Source: a virus
Taxonomy: Duplodnaviria; Caudoviricetes
IMG/VR virus record: IMGVR_UViG_3300044856_000241
Location: 139,625 to 203,624 of that record
Length of the DNA: 64,000 bases
Reading direction: 5' to 3' (one strand)
The notes beneath the pieces are model-generated. The model saw nothing but the letters and a program-made list of their open reading frames with translations, did not search any database and had not been told where the DNA came from. Numbering within the stretch: position 1 is the stretch's first letter; every line of letters begins with the position of its first letter. Shown piece by piece: positions 1-9,327 of this stretch. Made by a program: the position numbers and the translations under genes.

Positions 1-103
1 TATGTAGGTGCAGCCATACCTTTACGTTCCGTCAAAGGTACATTTTCCTTTTCAATCTCGATTGCCTGCGTCAGACTACGCATTGTGTCATTGAAAAATT
101 CAC

Positions 104-427
104 TCATTTGCCTAACGCCCACCTCACAAATTCCTGATATCTTATATCATCTTTCGCTTTAAATTCGCTAATCAGATGAAGTTCATTACAACATAAATCC
201 CATAACCAGTCTTCAACTTCTGTGTTTCCGTCAGAATCATTGTACCAATCATCAATTAACAATTCAATCAACCGCTGGATGACTTCTGTAACAACTCCCT
301 TTACCTTTGAATATTCGTAATCTGACCAGTAATCAAACGCATTACATGCAATTTCTTTCTGTGAAAAGTTCCCTTTCCAGTTTTCGTTTCCATACACAGC
401 AATGTCATAGAAATCCGCATACTCCAT
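104..427 (-). CDS. hypothetical acidic early protein
   Basis: ORF track; start trimmed to MEYADF, which follows a GAGGTG RBS. Confidence 0.7.
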   Translation of the reverse strand: MEYADFYDIAVYGNENWKGNFSQKEIACNAFDYWSDYEYSKVKGVVTEVIQRLIELLIDDWYNDSDGNTEVEDWLWDLCCNELHLISEFKAKDDIRYQEFVRWALGK

Positions 428-431
428 TTGC

Positions 432-554
432 CTACACCTCACTTCCATTTTCTAATAAGTATTCCCAGTATTCAGTTTCGCTTGGGAATAACATGTACTT
501 TCCCTTTACATATCCCATGTACCCGTTTGGTACATCAAATCCCTTTTTAATCAT
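432..554 (-). CDS. 40-aa small protein MIKKGFDVPNGYMGYVKGKYMLFPSETEYWEYLL (not in ORF track)
   Basis: GGAGGTG RBS; fills the gap between neighbouring genes; translated by hand. Confidence 0.7.
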   Translation of the reverse strand: MIKKGFDVPNGYMGYVKGKYMLFPSETEYWEYLLENGSEV

Positions 555-816
555 CCAGTAACACCTCCCTTGACACCAGACCAACTCCACCAGCTAATAG
601 GAAGAATACTCCGACTGTTGCTAAGTGACACAGGAAGAACACCAGACCAACTGCAATGATTGCCATTGCAATTCTACGCTGTTTCCGTAACTTTGCCTGA
701 CGTTTTGCTTTCCGTTTTGGCACATTCGGATTGATCACATGCAGTTTTCTTTCTGGTGAAATCACTTCAATCTGTTTTGCGTTGTTACCGTTTACTGTTG
801 CATTTGCGTTTTCCAT
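547..816 (-). CDS. small membrane protein (basic region plus two hydrophobic helices)
   Basis: ORF track; GAGGA RBS. Confidence 0.7.
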   Translation of the reverse strand: MENANATVNGNNAKQIEVISPERKLHVINPNVPKRKAKRQAKLRKQRRIAMAIIAVGLVFFLCHLATVGVFFLLAGGVGLVSREVLLDD

Positions 817-852
817 TGCTTTATCCTCTCTTTCTTTTACATTTGCCTATAT

Positions 853-1164
853 TTATCTATTCTCTTCGATTGTGTACACATTTCCATCTTTTGTGATGAT
901 CTCATTTCCGTTTGCGGATTCGATTTCATCAAAACTCACATACTGTTTGCGTTCTGCCGGATAGATACTTTCGCTTTTATAAGCATAGATTTCCGTTCCG
1001 TCAGACAAAAACATTGCTAGTTCCGAACCATCTGTGTTCCAATCTGTGATTGTCAGATTGGATTTGCAGTAATTGTCTGCCCAGTTTGCGTTGTTTCTGC
1101 CAATTAAAAAAGCACCCATTACGAGTGCTACTGTTACGATGCCGTATAAGATTTTCTTTTTCAT
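853..1164 (-). CDS. secreted or membrane-anchored hypothetical protein
   Basis: MKKKILYGIVTVALV signal-like N-terminus after GAAAGGGA. Confidence 0.7.
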   Translation of the reverse strand: MKKKILYGIVTVALVMGAFLIGRNNANWADNYCKSNLTITDWNTDGSELAMFLSDGTEIYAYKSESIYPAERKQYVSFDEIESANGNEIITKDGNVYTIEENR

Positions 1165-1178
1165 TTTGTGTTCCCTTT

Positions 1179-1373
1179 CTAACATGCTATAAACTCTAAA
1201 CTACAAAGACATTCATTTGTCTTTCGCATTTCTAATGCCTTTTCCAGTGCATAACGGTAACATTCATTCCCAGTATTGAAAAAGTTATCACCGTCAAATT
1301 CTATTTTACGTTTTACGGACTTGATGGAACTATTGCAGTCCATATTTTCATATCTCGCTTCAAATAGCCACAT
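1179..1373 (-). CDS. hypothetical protein
   Basis: ORF track; GGAGGG RBS. Confidence 0.65.
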   Translation of the reverse strand: MWLFEARYENMDCNSSIKSVKRKIEFDGDNFFNTGNECYRYALEKALEMRKTNECLCSLEFIAC

Positions 1374-1438
1374 TACTTTGCGTTTCCCTCCTGTTATATT
1401 TACCTTTCTATGTCGTTTCTAGTTTATTTGCCTAAAAT

Positions 1439-1657
1439 TTAGGCAAAAGTTAAAGTTCCTTCCAACTGGTTTCCGTTCCATAGTGAAACAATCTCCGGTC
1501 GATTCCGTAATAACCAAATGATACAACGCAGTCCACCTGTTGCGATTGGTCTGCCTTCAGATGTAAAAATCGCAGTGCGATCATTGTGATCTGGGCGCAT
1601 TGTGTATGTCTGGTTTGCGTTGTTGCGGGTTGTGAATGTGAAGTATTCTCTTTTCAT
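1439..1657 (-). CDS. hypothetical protein
   Basis: ORF track; GAAAGGA RBS. Confidence 0.6.
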   Translation of the reverse strand: MKREYFTFTTRNNANQTYTMRPDHNDRTAIFTSEGRPIATGGLRCIIWLLRNRPEIVSLWNGNQLEGTLTFA

Positions 1658-1893
1658 GACGCATTTTTCCTTTCTGTTTGATTTGCGTTTAATACAGTGA
1701 ATTTATCATTTTGAGATATTTCGCGATCTCTTTTCTGCATTTATCAACTTCTTCCAGATCTAATAATGATATTGTTTGCATTAGGTATAATCTCCCTTCT
1801 TTTTATAGAATATTCTCTGCGTTATTGCGAAAACTATTCTGTTTTTGGGTATAAAAATAGCACCTACTGTTTGTAGATGCTATGGTTTACATT

Positions 1894-2103
1894 TTATTCT
1901 GCCAGTTCAAAAGTTCCTTCTTGATCTGCGTTTGCAATCCAGCGGTCAAAGTCCACCTGAGTTACCTTTTGTCCGGACGCTGTATGTCCGCCAACTGTAA
2001 CGCTACCCCAATCACCTGTATTTCTAGCGATTGTGTACATAGTTGCGTTTTTGAATAAGTAGATGAAGTTGTCATCTGCATAGTATTTGCCTGTGATTTT
2101 CAT
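1894..2103 (-). CDS. hypothetical protein
   Basis: ORF track; AAGGAG RBS; terminator hairpins at about 1853-1882 and 2146-2180. Confidence 0.65.
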   Translation of the reverse strand: MKITGKYYADDNFIYLFKNATMYTIARNTGDWGSVTVGGHTASGQKVTQVDFDRWIANADQEGTFELAE

Positions 2104-2184
2104 AGTTTCTCTTCTCCTTTTTCTGTTTTTTTCTTTGTGAAATTTAAAAATAGCACCCTACTTTGCGTTGGGTGCTATTTATGG

Positions 2185-2448
2185 TTACATGTTATTTAGT
2201 TTTTTTTGTAATGCATCAATTTGCGCTTGAATTTTTGCACGTTCTTCTTCCTTTTCATCTACCCACTCCATTATATCTCCAGGCTGAACGTTTAAATATT
2301 CGCACACTTTATCCAAAGTGTCAGTTGACACATTTTTATTTTGTGAAAATTTTTGTGGTGTATTTACTGAAATACCAGCTTCGCACAAATCCTTCCAATT
2401 CATATTGCGCTCTTTTAGAAGGTTCGCGAGTTTATAATATACAATCAT
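2185..2448 (-). CDS. Xre/Cro-C1-type HTH regulator (probable repressor)
   Basis: KLANLLKERNMNWKDL...STDTLDKVCEYLNVQPGDIME is an HTH_26-like pattern; GGAGG RBS. Confidence 0.9.
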   Translation of the reverse strand: MIVYYKLANLLKERNMNWKDLCEAGISVNTPQKFSQNKNVSTDTLDKVCEYLNVQPGDIMEWVDEKEEERAKIQAQIDALQKKLNNM

Positions 2449-2475
2449 CCAGTTATCGCCTCCTCTTTTTTTATA

Positions 2476-2504
2476 AATCTATCACATTAATTTGTGATTG
2501 TCAA
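2476..2504 (-). promoter_or_regulatory. sigma-A promoter with palindromic operator in the spacer
   Basis: TTGACA-17-TAGATT; ATCACA-TTAATT-TGTGAT at 2481-2498. Confidence 0.8.
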
Positions 2505-2554
2505 TTAGTACATACTACAAAAGGGCGGATTAATCCGCCCCTAAATACTGTGTA

Positions 2555-2716
2555 CTAATCCTGTAATGATGCATTAATCCGTGTGATGTTATCCTGAAAT
2601 TTTTTCTTAAGCTTTTCATGCTCGCCATTCTCAAGAAGTTCCAGATAGTCCTCATACATCATTAACTCTTTTCTAAGATCATCCTTGAACTGGATATCAG
2701 TTGGCATATGTTCCAT
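2555..2716 (-). CDS. 53-aa protein MEHMPTDIQFKDDLRKELMMYEDYLELL (not in ORF track)
   Basis: AAGGCGGTG RBS; hairpin at 2521-2541 downstream. Confidence 0.65.
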   Translation of the reverse strand: MEHMPTDIQFKDDLRKELMMYEDYLELLENGEHEKLKKKFQDNITRINASLQD

Positions 2717-2774
2717 CCTTCCCACCGCCTTTTTTATTTAATTATAGCGGATTTATTGCGTGTTTACAAGTTAC

Positions 2775-3365
2775 TTATTTAATATACATATCACAGAAAA
2801 CAGCCATGAACAATTTATTAAATGCCTGTTTGCTGATTGATGTATGCATAACACCATCGTTTACAATCTTTTTACTGGTAGCGTATCTTGCACCAAACAT
2901 GTCAGACATATTCTCTGCAAGTTTGCTAATCTGACCCTGTGTGCAATCTTCAATACCAAGATTTTCTAAGAACAGTTTAATAGCTGTGAGAAAATCTCCG
3001 CGTTTATGCTCGTCAATCTTTTTAACGTATGCGGTGTGCATAGTTTCTGGCACAAACGCATAAGTATCTTTCATGCTTTTATTGAATGGCTCAACAATAG
3101 CCTTGTGCTGTGCTTCACATTTACGGATGGCATTGTCAATTTCTGTGCGTGGGAATTTCTGTGCTACTTCATCGACAGACATACCCTGTTTAATGTCGTT
3201 GTCTCGGTTCGCAAGGATAGACTCTAACTGAGCCTTTAGTGGTTTTAATTCTGCTTTAAATCGCAAATCCTCTTTTGCGATTTCAAGTGCGGACTCTTTG
3301 AAAATCCGTAACTGCTCTTTTGCTGTTTCGCTAATTTTTGTGAAATTAATCTGATTTCTTGCCAT
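2775..3365 (-). CDS. hypothetical helical protein, first gene of the leftward operon
   Basis: 196-aa ORF; AGGAG RBS. Confidence 0.8.
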   Translation of the reverse strand: MARNQINFTKISETAKEQLRIFKESALEIAKEDLRFKAELKPLKAQLESILANRDNDIKQGMSVDEVAQKFPRTEIDNAIRKCEAQHKAIVEPFNKSMKDTYAFVPETMHTAYVKKIDEHKRGDFLTAIKLFLENLGIEDCTQGQISKLAENMSDMFGARYATSKKIVNDGVMHTSISKQAFNKLFMAVFCDMYIK

Positions 3366-3814
3366 AATATGCTCCTGTTCTCTGCATCTTTTAAATTTTG
3401 CGGGAATTTATGCAGTCCGCTTTTATTTTTTATTTTTTTGTTATTAGTGTTATACACACTATAAAGGACTAGAAATCGTTTTTAGATAGACTTCTAGCCC
3501 TCAAACTATGTATAACTTTTAGATCTGAATAAACTACACCTGTAATTTCACCTCCTTGTTGGGTATTTATCCAGTTTTTAAGTCTGTGAAGGATTCCCAC
3601 CTTTGCACTAGCCTGTCGCACTCTGTCACCTATCATGTCAATCATTGTTTGCAGTAGTTTCTTTGCAGACTTTCTGCGTATAACTGACCCTGAATTGCTT
3701 ACTACTATTACCATAGTTCGCATTGAGCTTTGACCGTAGACCCATTGTTTCCAATGTCCGACGTCACCGCCGTACTCTTTCGAGATTTATAGTTTTCTGA
3801 CAAAACTATCAAAA

Positions 3815-3833
3815 TATTCAGTTGTCAATGTGC
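3815..3833 (-). promoter_or_regulatory. boxA-like antitermination element
   Basis: GCACATTGACAACTGAATA resembles Firmicutes rrn boxA. Confidence 0.5.
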
Positions 3834-3898
3834 TAACTGCAAATGCGTGGGTGCAATACCCGACATCCTAATAAAAGTGTTATGCAGTTCAAAAAATG

Positions 3899-4000
3899 TG
3901 GACTTTTTCACTGAATTGTGATAGAATAAAGACTGGAAGGTACTTTATTCTATAAAGTCCTCGTTGTGTGGGTGTTGGTAGCACCTGCACAACTTTTTTT
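3899..4000 (+). ncRNA. short antisense RNA unit (promoter, about 65-nt RNA, terminator)
   Basis: TGGACT-17-TAGAAT at 3899-3927; hairpin 3963-3993 followed by T7. Confidence 0.55.
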
Positions 4001-4009
4001 GTTGTGATA

Positions 4010-4038
4010 ACTATATCACACTATCTTGTGGTTGTCAA
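4010..4038 (-). promoter_or_regulatory. leftward early promoter P1
   Basis: TTGACA-17-TATAGT with extended -10 TG. Confidence 0.8.
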
Positions 4039-4138
4039 CACTTTTTTGTGATTGTTTTGAACTTCCAGACCTAACAAAGAGGCTCGTTTTACAGGTTATT
4101 CAAATCACTATTTTGTTGTCGTCCTTTTGACGTGTTTT

Positions 4139-4167
4139 ATATTATCACACTATTATTGTATTGTCAA
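4139..4167 (-). promoter_or_regulatory. leftward early promoter P2
   Basis: TTGACA-17-TAATAT; spacer similar to P1. Confidence 0.7.
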
Positions 4168-4312
4168 CATAAAATTGTTATTTTTTACGATATTCTTTTG
4201 TGCTATCCTATATATAACAAAAATACCACTTCCAGAAAGTATTTTCTAACTATAATTCAGTCTACTAAACAATAGTTGTATTTCACTAACAGTTTTCCGG
4301 CTCTGAATAAAT

Positions 4313-4364
4313 CGAACACATGTTTGTATCTTGTATTGTACTACTATTAGCGAACGTATGTTCG
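4313..4364. promoter_or_regulatory. two LexA (Cheo/SOS) boxes
   Basis: CGAACACATGTTTG at 4313-4326 and CGAACGTATGTTCG at 4351-4364 match GAAC-N4-GTTY. Confidence 0.75.
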
Positions 4365-4837
4365 GTAGGGGCACTTAAAACTAAAAATATCATTTTATTT
4401 TTTCAAAAACGCTAAAGCTGATTCACCTACACACACACTCCAATTTAAAACCACCCACAAAAATACCCTCTCACCTCTCCATCCCCTCAATCCCAGTCCA
4501 CACCTACCTTTCACCCAAATTACACTCTTCTAACCACTTATCGTACCCTTTATCGTAAATCTCCAGTAAATTCCTACTTTCCACTCCTCTCACGCCCAAA
4601 AAATTTCCACCCTCTCACACTAATTTCCAGTAACCAAAATACCACTTCTTCCTTATATAATAAGGCTTTTTCACGATTCCACATTTTTGATCAAAAATCA
4701 TAAAAATTTATCCCAATATCCTCACTCTCTCATCTCCAAATTCCAAATCATAAAACTCATCACTCCAGCAAGAGAATATATAAGGTAGAAAATAATAAAA
4801 CATCAACTACAAAACAATCACAAAGGAGAACAAAAAC

Positions 4838-5026
4838 ATGGCAAAATTATCAATTATACCACAGCAATTTTCATTCAACACACCGACTATTACAGATGCA
4901 AAAGGAGACACCATCCGACCAGGATTAGACGTAACAATACGTGTAGATGTTTATAAAGCAGATAAAGAGCAATTAAAAAAGGACTTAGCAGCTATTTTTG
5001 CTGAAGTCCTTGAATACTTTGATTAA
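4838..5026 (+). CDS. hypothetical protein
   Basis: AAGGAG RBS. Confidence 0.6.
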   Translation: MAKLSIIPQQFSFNTPTITDAKGDTIRPGLDVTIRVDVYKADKEQLKKDLAAIFAEVLEYFD

Positions 5027-5528
5027 TTTTATTTAATATTTTAACTGGATCTATTCCGTTGTTTTCTGTTTCTATTTGTCCTTCTATAAACTTATAATTT
5101 ATATGACAAATTTTTTTAATAACTTTACCCATTGCCCTGTATGTTATAGCAACATCAAATTTTTCTAATGGTACACTTTCCATAGATAATTTACAAAATA
5201 CATTGGTATATGATTGTCCTGGTGCAATAGATAAATCAGAATAATAATCAAATGGATTATTTATAATGTCATCTTTTGGAATTGGTGGATTAATTTGTAT
5301 CTCCATAATAGTAGCTGATGTGTTCCCAAAATTTTGAATTTTAATTCTTGGAACAGGATCACCATAAAATTTAAAAGGAAATACTTCTATTTGAGCCATA
5401 TTACTTTCTTTTATTATTTTCGAATTCTGCCGTAACGAAACAACCGAAATAATGATTGAAATAATACCTGTTGTTAATGCTACAATAATTCCAATAATTT
5501 GAATTATATCCGATGTACTAAGTTTCAT
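4992..5528 (-). CDS. membrane-anchored moron protein
   Basis: N-terminal TM helix; GGAGG RBS; very AT-rich; opposite orientation to neighbours. Confidence 0.75.
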   Translation of the reverse strand: MKLSTSDIIQIIGIIVALTTGIISIIISVVSLRQNSKIIKESNMAQIEVFPFKFYGDPVPRIKIQNFGNTSATIMEIQINPPIPKDDIINNPFDYYSDLSIAPGQSYTNVFCKLSMESVPLEKFDVAITYRAMGKVIKKICHINYKFIEGQIETENNGIDPVKILNKINQSIQGLQQK

Positions 5529-6048
5529 AACTACCTCCAAGTATTTTTATAATTATTTTAACACATTATTTACCATTTTTTGTACTTAATTTATCATAGA
5601 AATAAAATAATCAAATCAAATAAACCACCTCATAAAAGACATCCATAATCACATGGGTGTCTTTTTTATTCTATATTCTTACCTTCCACACCATCTCCAA
5701 AATCAATCATTTACAAAAAACACCATTCCAGAGAGTAAATCAAGTTCATAATCTCTTACCCTACCAACTTATCCTCTGATCAATAAAAATTGAAATTTGC
5801 TCTCTCAACTCATTTAAACTCTCCAAACAGCACTTTTAAAATTATCTCCACTCCGTATCCTGAAACAAAACTTTCTTATCCGGTGCTACCGGATAAATAA
5901 ATAACCTATTACAACCAACAGGTAGATAGATTGGGGGCTACTTTTAAACTTCACACAAATCCATGGAGAATACTAATGTAGGAACCAGTATATACGACAA
6001 AATATTTTTACGGCAATAAATTACTCTTGCTGCCAGAAGGAGGAAATC

Positions 6049-6279
6049 ATGAACAAACCAGAACATGCACACTGGGAACCTGTACATTTAACTAGATCTA
6101 TGTCGCCTAGAACAAAACGTGAATTTAACAACACCCGCCTCGATGAATTGAATGAGTTAAATAAAATCCCTGACCAATTAGCAAAGAAAGCTATAGATAG
6201 AATGGATTGGCATATATATTGTTACCTATGTGCTAATTTGTTCAACCAAAGATTATATTACAAAGGAGACAATGAATAA
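6049..6279 (+). CDS. hypothetical protein
   Basis: AGGAGG RBS. Confidence 0.65.
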   Translation: MNKPEHAHWEPVHLTRSMSPRTKREFNNTRLDELNELNKIPDQLAKKAIDRMDWHIYCYLCANLFNQRLYYKGDNE

Positions 6280-6737
6280 TGTTATTCAGAAAGAAAAACA
6301 AAAACACTAACTTACAAAATATACCAACACAGAATAATGTATTCATTTTTATCTACAAAGGAATCGGAGAAGATCTAATGGAGACTGACACGATCGTAGC
6401 AAAATATGAACATGAGGCTATTGAGCAATTTAAAACCAAACATCCGAATAATGAATTATTTGCATACAAATATGATTTTGTTGATCCGGATACCGGTAAT
6501 ATATATACATTCAGAAAAAATTGGGAATATGCAGAATATTTGTATCGAATATACGGATCAAAAACTATTAAATCCATCAAGCAAACTGTAGATAAGAAGC
6601 AACATGAATCAGACTCAGATATCAATCTTAAACCACTCTATTATAAAGAGAATGGTGATTACCACAAGACAGGATTATATGTTGACCCGTCTAAATTACA
6701 TGAACTGTTTTCTAATCTTACAAAAGAGACAGACTGA
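6279..6737 (+). CDS. hypothetical protein
   Basis: translationally coupled to the upstream ORF (TAATG). Confidence 0.65.
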   Translation: MLFRKKNKNTNLQNIPTQNNVFIFIYKGIGEDLMETDTIVAKYEHEAIEQFKTKHPNNELFAYKYDFVDPDTGNIYTFRKNWEYAEYLYRIYGSKTIKSIKQTVDKKQHESDSDINLKPLYYKENGDYHKTGLYVDPSKLHELFSNLTKETD

Positions 6738-7020
6738 GCCAAAATCTAAATATGTTATCTAGGGATTTATTTTAAGAAAATGATACCAAATCCTCTTTAG
6801 AATGAATTAGATGGTAACTTATTCACCTAAGAATAAAAAATCCATTATTGGTCTGTGGATGTAATTTTAATGAAGTATATATGAGGAGAGATTTTTAACG
6901 TATGTAATAAAAACATTTTTTAGAACTGTTTTATTCTGAGAGAATAATTATAATATGATACACGCTACTTTGAGATGAATCAAAATTGAGATGAATAAAT
7001 AAAACAAAAAAAAAGAAAAG

Positions 7021-7160
7021 TAACACTCTGAAAGGAGTGTTATTAAACTCATTGTAATTGAATTATCATAGTAATTGAATTATCTATAAAAAGTGACAGA
7101 TTTTTGTCACTTTTTTCCGTCACACTCTAGGATAGCGTGACAAAAACTTGTCACTTTTTA
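7021..7160. repeat. cluster of direct and inverted repeats, candidate origin or parS-like region
   Basis: GTAATTGAATTATC x2 (7054, 7071); GTGACA-N6-TGTCAC x2 (7093-7110, 7137-7154). Confidence 0.6.
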
Positions 7161-7239
7161 CATAATGGTGTTTTTATCTCCTTATATTATCTGGTCAAAA
7201 TCTATCTGTACCTAAAGAGAATATAAAAAATGGAAGGAA

Positions 7240-8193
7240 GTGATAAAAATTCAAATCTGGCTAAATGAGGAAATTTACAAATCATCATCTATTACAATGT
7301 ACGGACTTGCTGCGTATTGTGCTATAAAATCATTGTTGTTTACTGAGGAACATAAAGAAATATGCATCACCACAGAATTACTCTCCTATCAGCTCTCAAA
7401 AAGTCTCCATACTAAGCGCAGGTTTCTGGAGAATATTGAAACGGGATATGGCGAATTGATTGATCAACTTTTTATAAAAGAAATAGATGTGAAGTCAAAA
7501 TACCGCGTGATTGACTGCTCTAAGTTATTTATCAACGGTGATAATGATTATTTTACAATTGTTACTTATGAAGAAATTCTAAAAATATTTCATATTAAAT
7601 CCGTCAATAGCTTTGTTTTATTAAGATACTTTGTGTTCCTGATAGGAACAATCTCTTCTTCTATCGATGTTTGGTTAGATGCATTTCAGCATAAATGTCG
7701 TGTGGTTGGGAATCTTACAATTCCATACTTATCTCAAATATCTGGTATTTCAGAGAAATCCATTAATGAGTACAACAAAATATTGGAGAACGCTGGACTT
7801 ATTTATATCAACCGTCCAAACGACATTATTATTAATGAATCATCCGGCGAGATTAAGAGAATGACTAATATATATGGTCGCCCAGCGGACAAATTATATA
7901 TTGATGCTTTCGCTGCTAATCAGAAAAAATACGAAAAATCTTACAGGTACGTGGAGAACAATCTTAATAAGGCTAATTCGAAACGCCGGTTGGCACAAAT
8001 ATATATTCAGCTTCAGCGAGGTAATGATCAGAAATATACAATTGCAGAAATTAAAAGTGTATTTGCGTATGTACTCGCGGAGAATAAAAAATATGAAGCA
8101 CTATATGAAAAAAATCATGACGATCGGTGTCTGGATAAGATCCGTGATACTGATGTATTTAAAAAATATGATTTTTATGAGGAGAATATATAA
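7240..8193 (+). CDS. winged-HTH protein, putative replication initiator
   Basis: LTIPYLSQISGISEKSINEYNKILENAGLI wHTH pattern; repeat cluster upstream. Confidence 0.55.
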   Translation: MIKIQIWLNEEIYKSSSITMYGLAAYCAIKSLLFTEEHKEICITTELLSYQLSKSLHTKRRFLENIETGYGELIDQLFIKEIDVKSKYRVIDCSKLFINGDNDYFTIVTYEEILKIFHIKSVNSFVLLRYFVFLIGTISSSIDVWLDAFQHKCRVVGNLTIPYLSQISGISEKSINEYNKILENAGLIYINRPNDIIINESSGEIKRMTNIYGRPADKLYIDAFAANQKKYEKSYRYVENNLNKANSKRRLAQIYIQLQRGNDQKYTIAEIKSVFAYVLAENKKYEALYEKNHDDRCLDKIRDTDVFKKYDFYEENI

Positions 8194-8262
8194 ATATATC
8201 ACTTCACATACTCTTACAAAATTATGTAACTTAAAAAATTTTTAATTTAGGAAAGGACAGAA

Positions 8263-9306
8263 ATGCAACAGATTAATATTAATGAACTAAAACCTCATCC
8301 GCGTAATAATGAATTTTTTGATGATATGATGGGTGATGCTTGGGATGCGTTTAAGGAGTCTATTGAAACATCTGGAATTATTGAGCCAATTGTAGTAACT
8401 AAAGATATGATTATTGTCTCTGGGCATCAAAGAGTCCGTGCTGCAAAAGAACTTGGGTTAGTTTCTGTAATGATAGATATTAGGAAGTATGACAGCGAAG
8501 ATAATATATTAAAAGATCTTATAGAAACAAATATTCGACAAAGAGGTATTGGAAATCCAAATCCCATAAAACTTGGTAGATGTATTAAGGAATTAGAACG
8601 TATATATGGAATACATCAAGGAAATGGTTCAAATCAGTATGAGCAAAATCCGAAAGTTTCGGATAAAGCAACTGTTAATCAATCAGATATTGCTAAAATG
8701 GTTGGTATTTCAGTTGATACACTTAATAATTATAAAAAACTTACAGAACTTATCCCAGAGTTAGAAGATCTTGTAGAAACAGGTATGGTAGCACCAACTA
8801 CCGCAGCAGCCATTGTAAAATATATGTCCCCTGAAGAACAGGAAGAATTCATTACCTCTATGGATACAACGAAGAGAATTACTAAGAAGGAAGTACAGAA
8901 ATATATTGATGAAATTAATTATCTCAAAGCTAACCCTATTGTAGAAAAAGTTGTTGAAAAACCAGACGACTACGACAAAACCAAAAAAGATTTGCAGAAT
9001 TATAAAAAAGAATATTCTAATCTTGAAGCACAGTACAAAAACAAAGTATCAGAACTTCAAGATTTGCGAAAGCAAGTGGAGAATATGAAAGAAACGGAAT
9101 CAACTGAGCAATATAATAAAAAATTAAAAGATTCTACTATCTTTTTCTGTTCAAAAGTAGCTTCTTTTATTGAACAAGTCGGTGGTTATGTTTGGTTGGC
9201 GGATCATCTGAATGAATTACCAGATTATGAAAAAAAGTCCTATGTTAGTGCAGTTAATGCTGTATATGCATGGGCAGAAACTTTATTAAATAATATTAAT
9301 AATTAA
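8263..9306 (+). CDS. ParB N-terminal domain protein with HTH and coiled coil
   Basis: LKPHPRN...GIIEPIVV...IVSGHQRVRAA; QSDIAKMVGIS HTH. Confidence 0.9.
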   Translation: MQQININELKPHPRNNEFFDDMMGDAWDAFKESIETSGIIEPIVVTKDMIIVSGHQRVRAAKELGLVSVMIDIRKYDSEDNILKDLIETNIRQRGIGNPNPIKLGRCIKELERIYGIHQGNGSNQYEQNPKVSDKATVNQSDIAKMVGISVDTLNNYKKLTELIPELEDLVETGMVAPTTAAAIVKYMSPEEQEEFITSMDTTKRITKKEVQKYIDEINYLKANPIVEKVVEKPDDYDKTKKDLQNYKKEYSNLEAQYKNKVSELQDLRKQVENMKETESTEQYNKKLKDSTIFFCSKVASFIEQVGGYVWLADHLNELPDYEKKSYVSAVNAVYAWAETLLNNINN

Positions 9307-9327
9307 AATTACGGAGGAAGTATTTTT

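Noticed and set aside
3469-3723. 84-aa ORF
   Set aside because: No RBS, and it lies in a hairpin-rich leader; not called as a CDS
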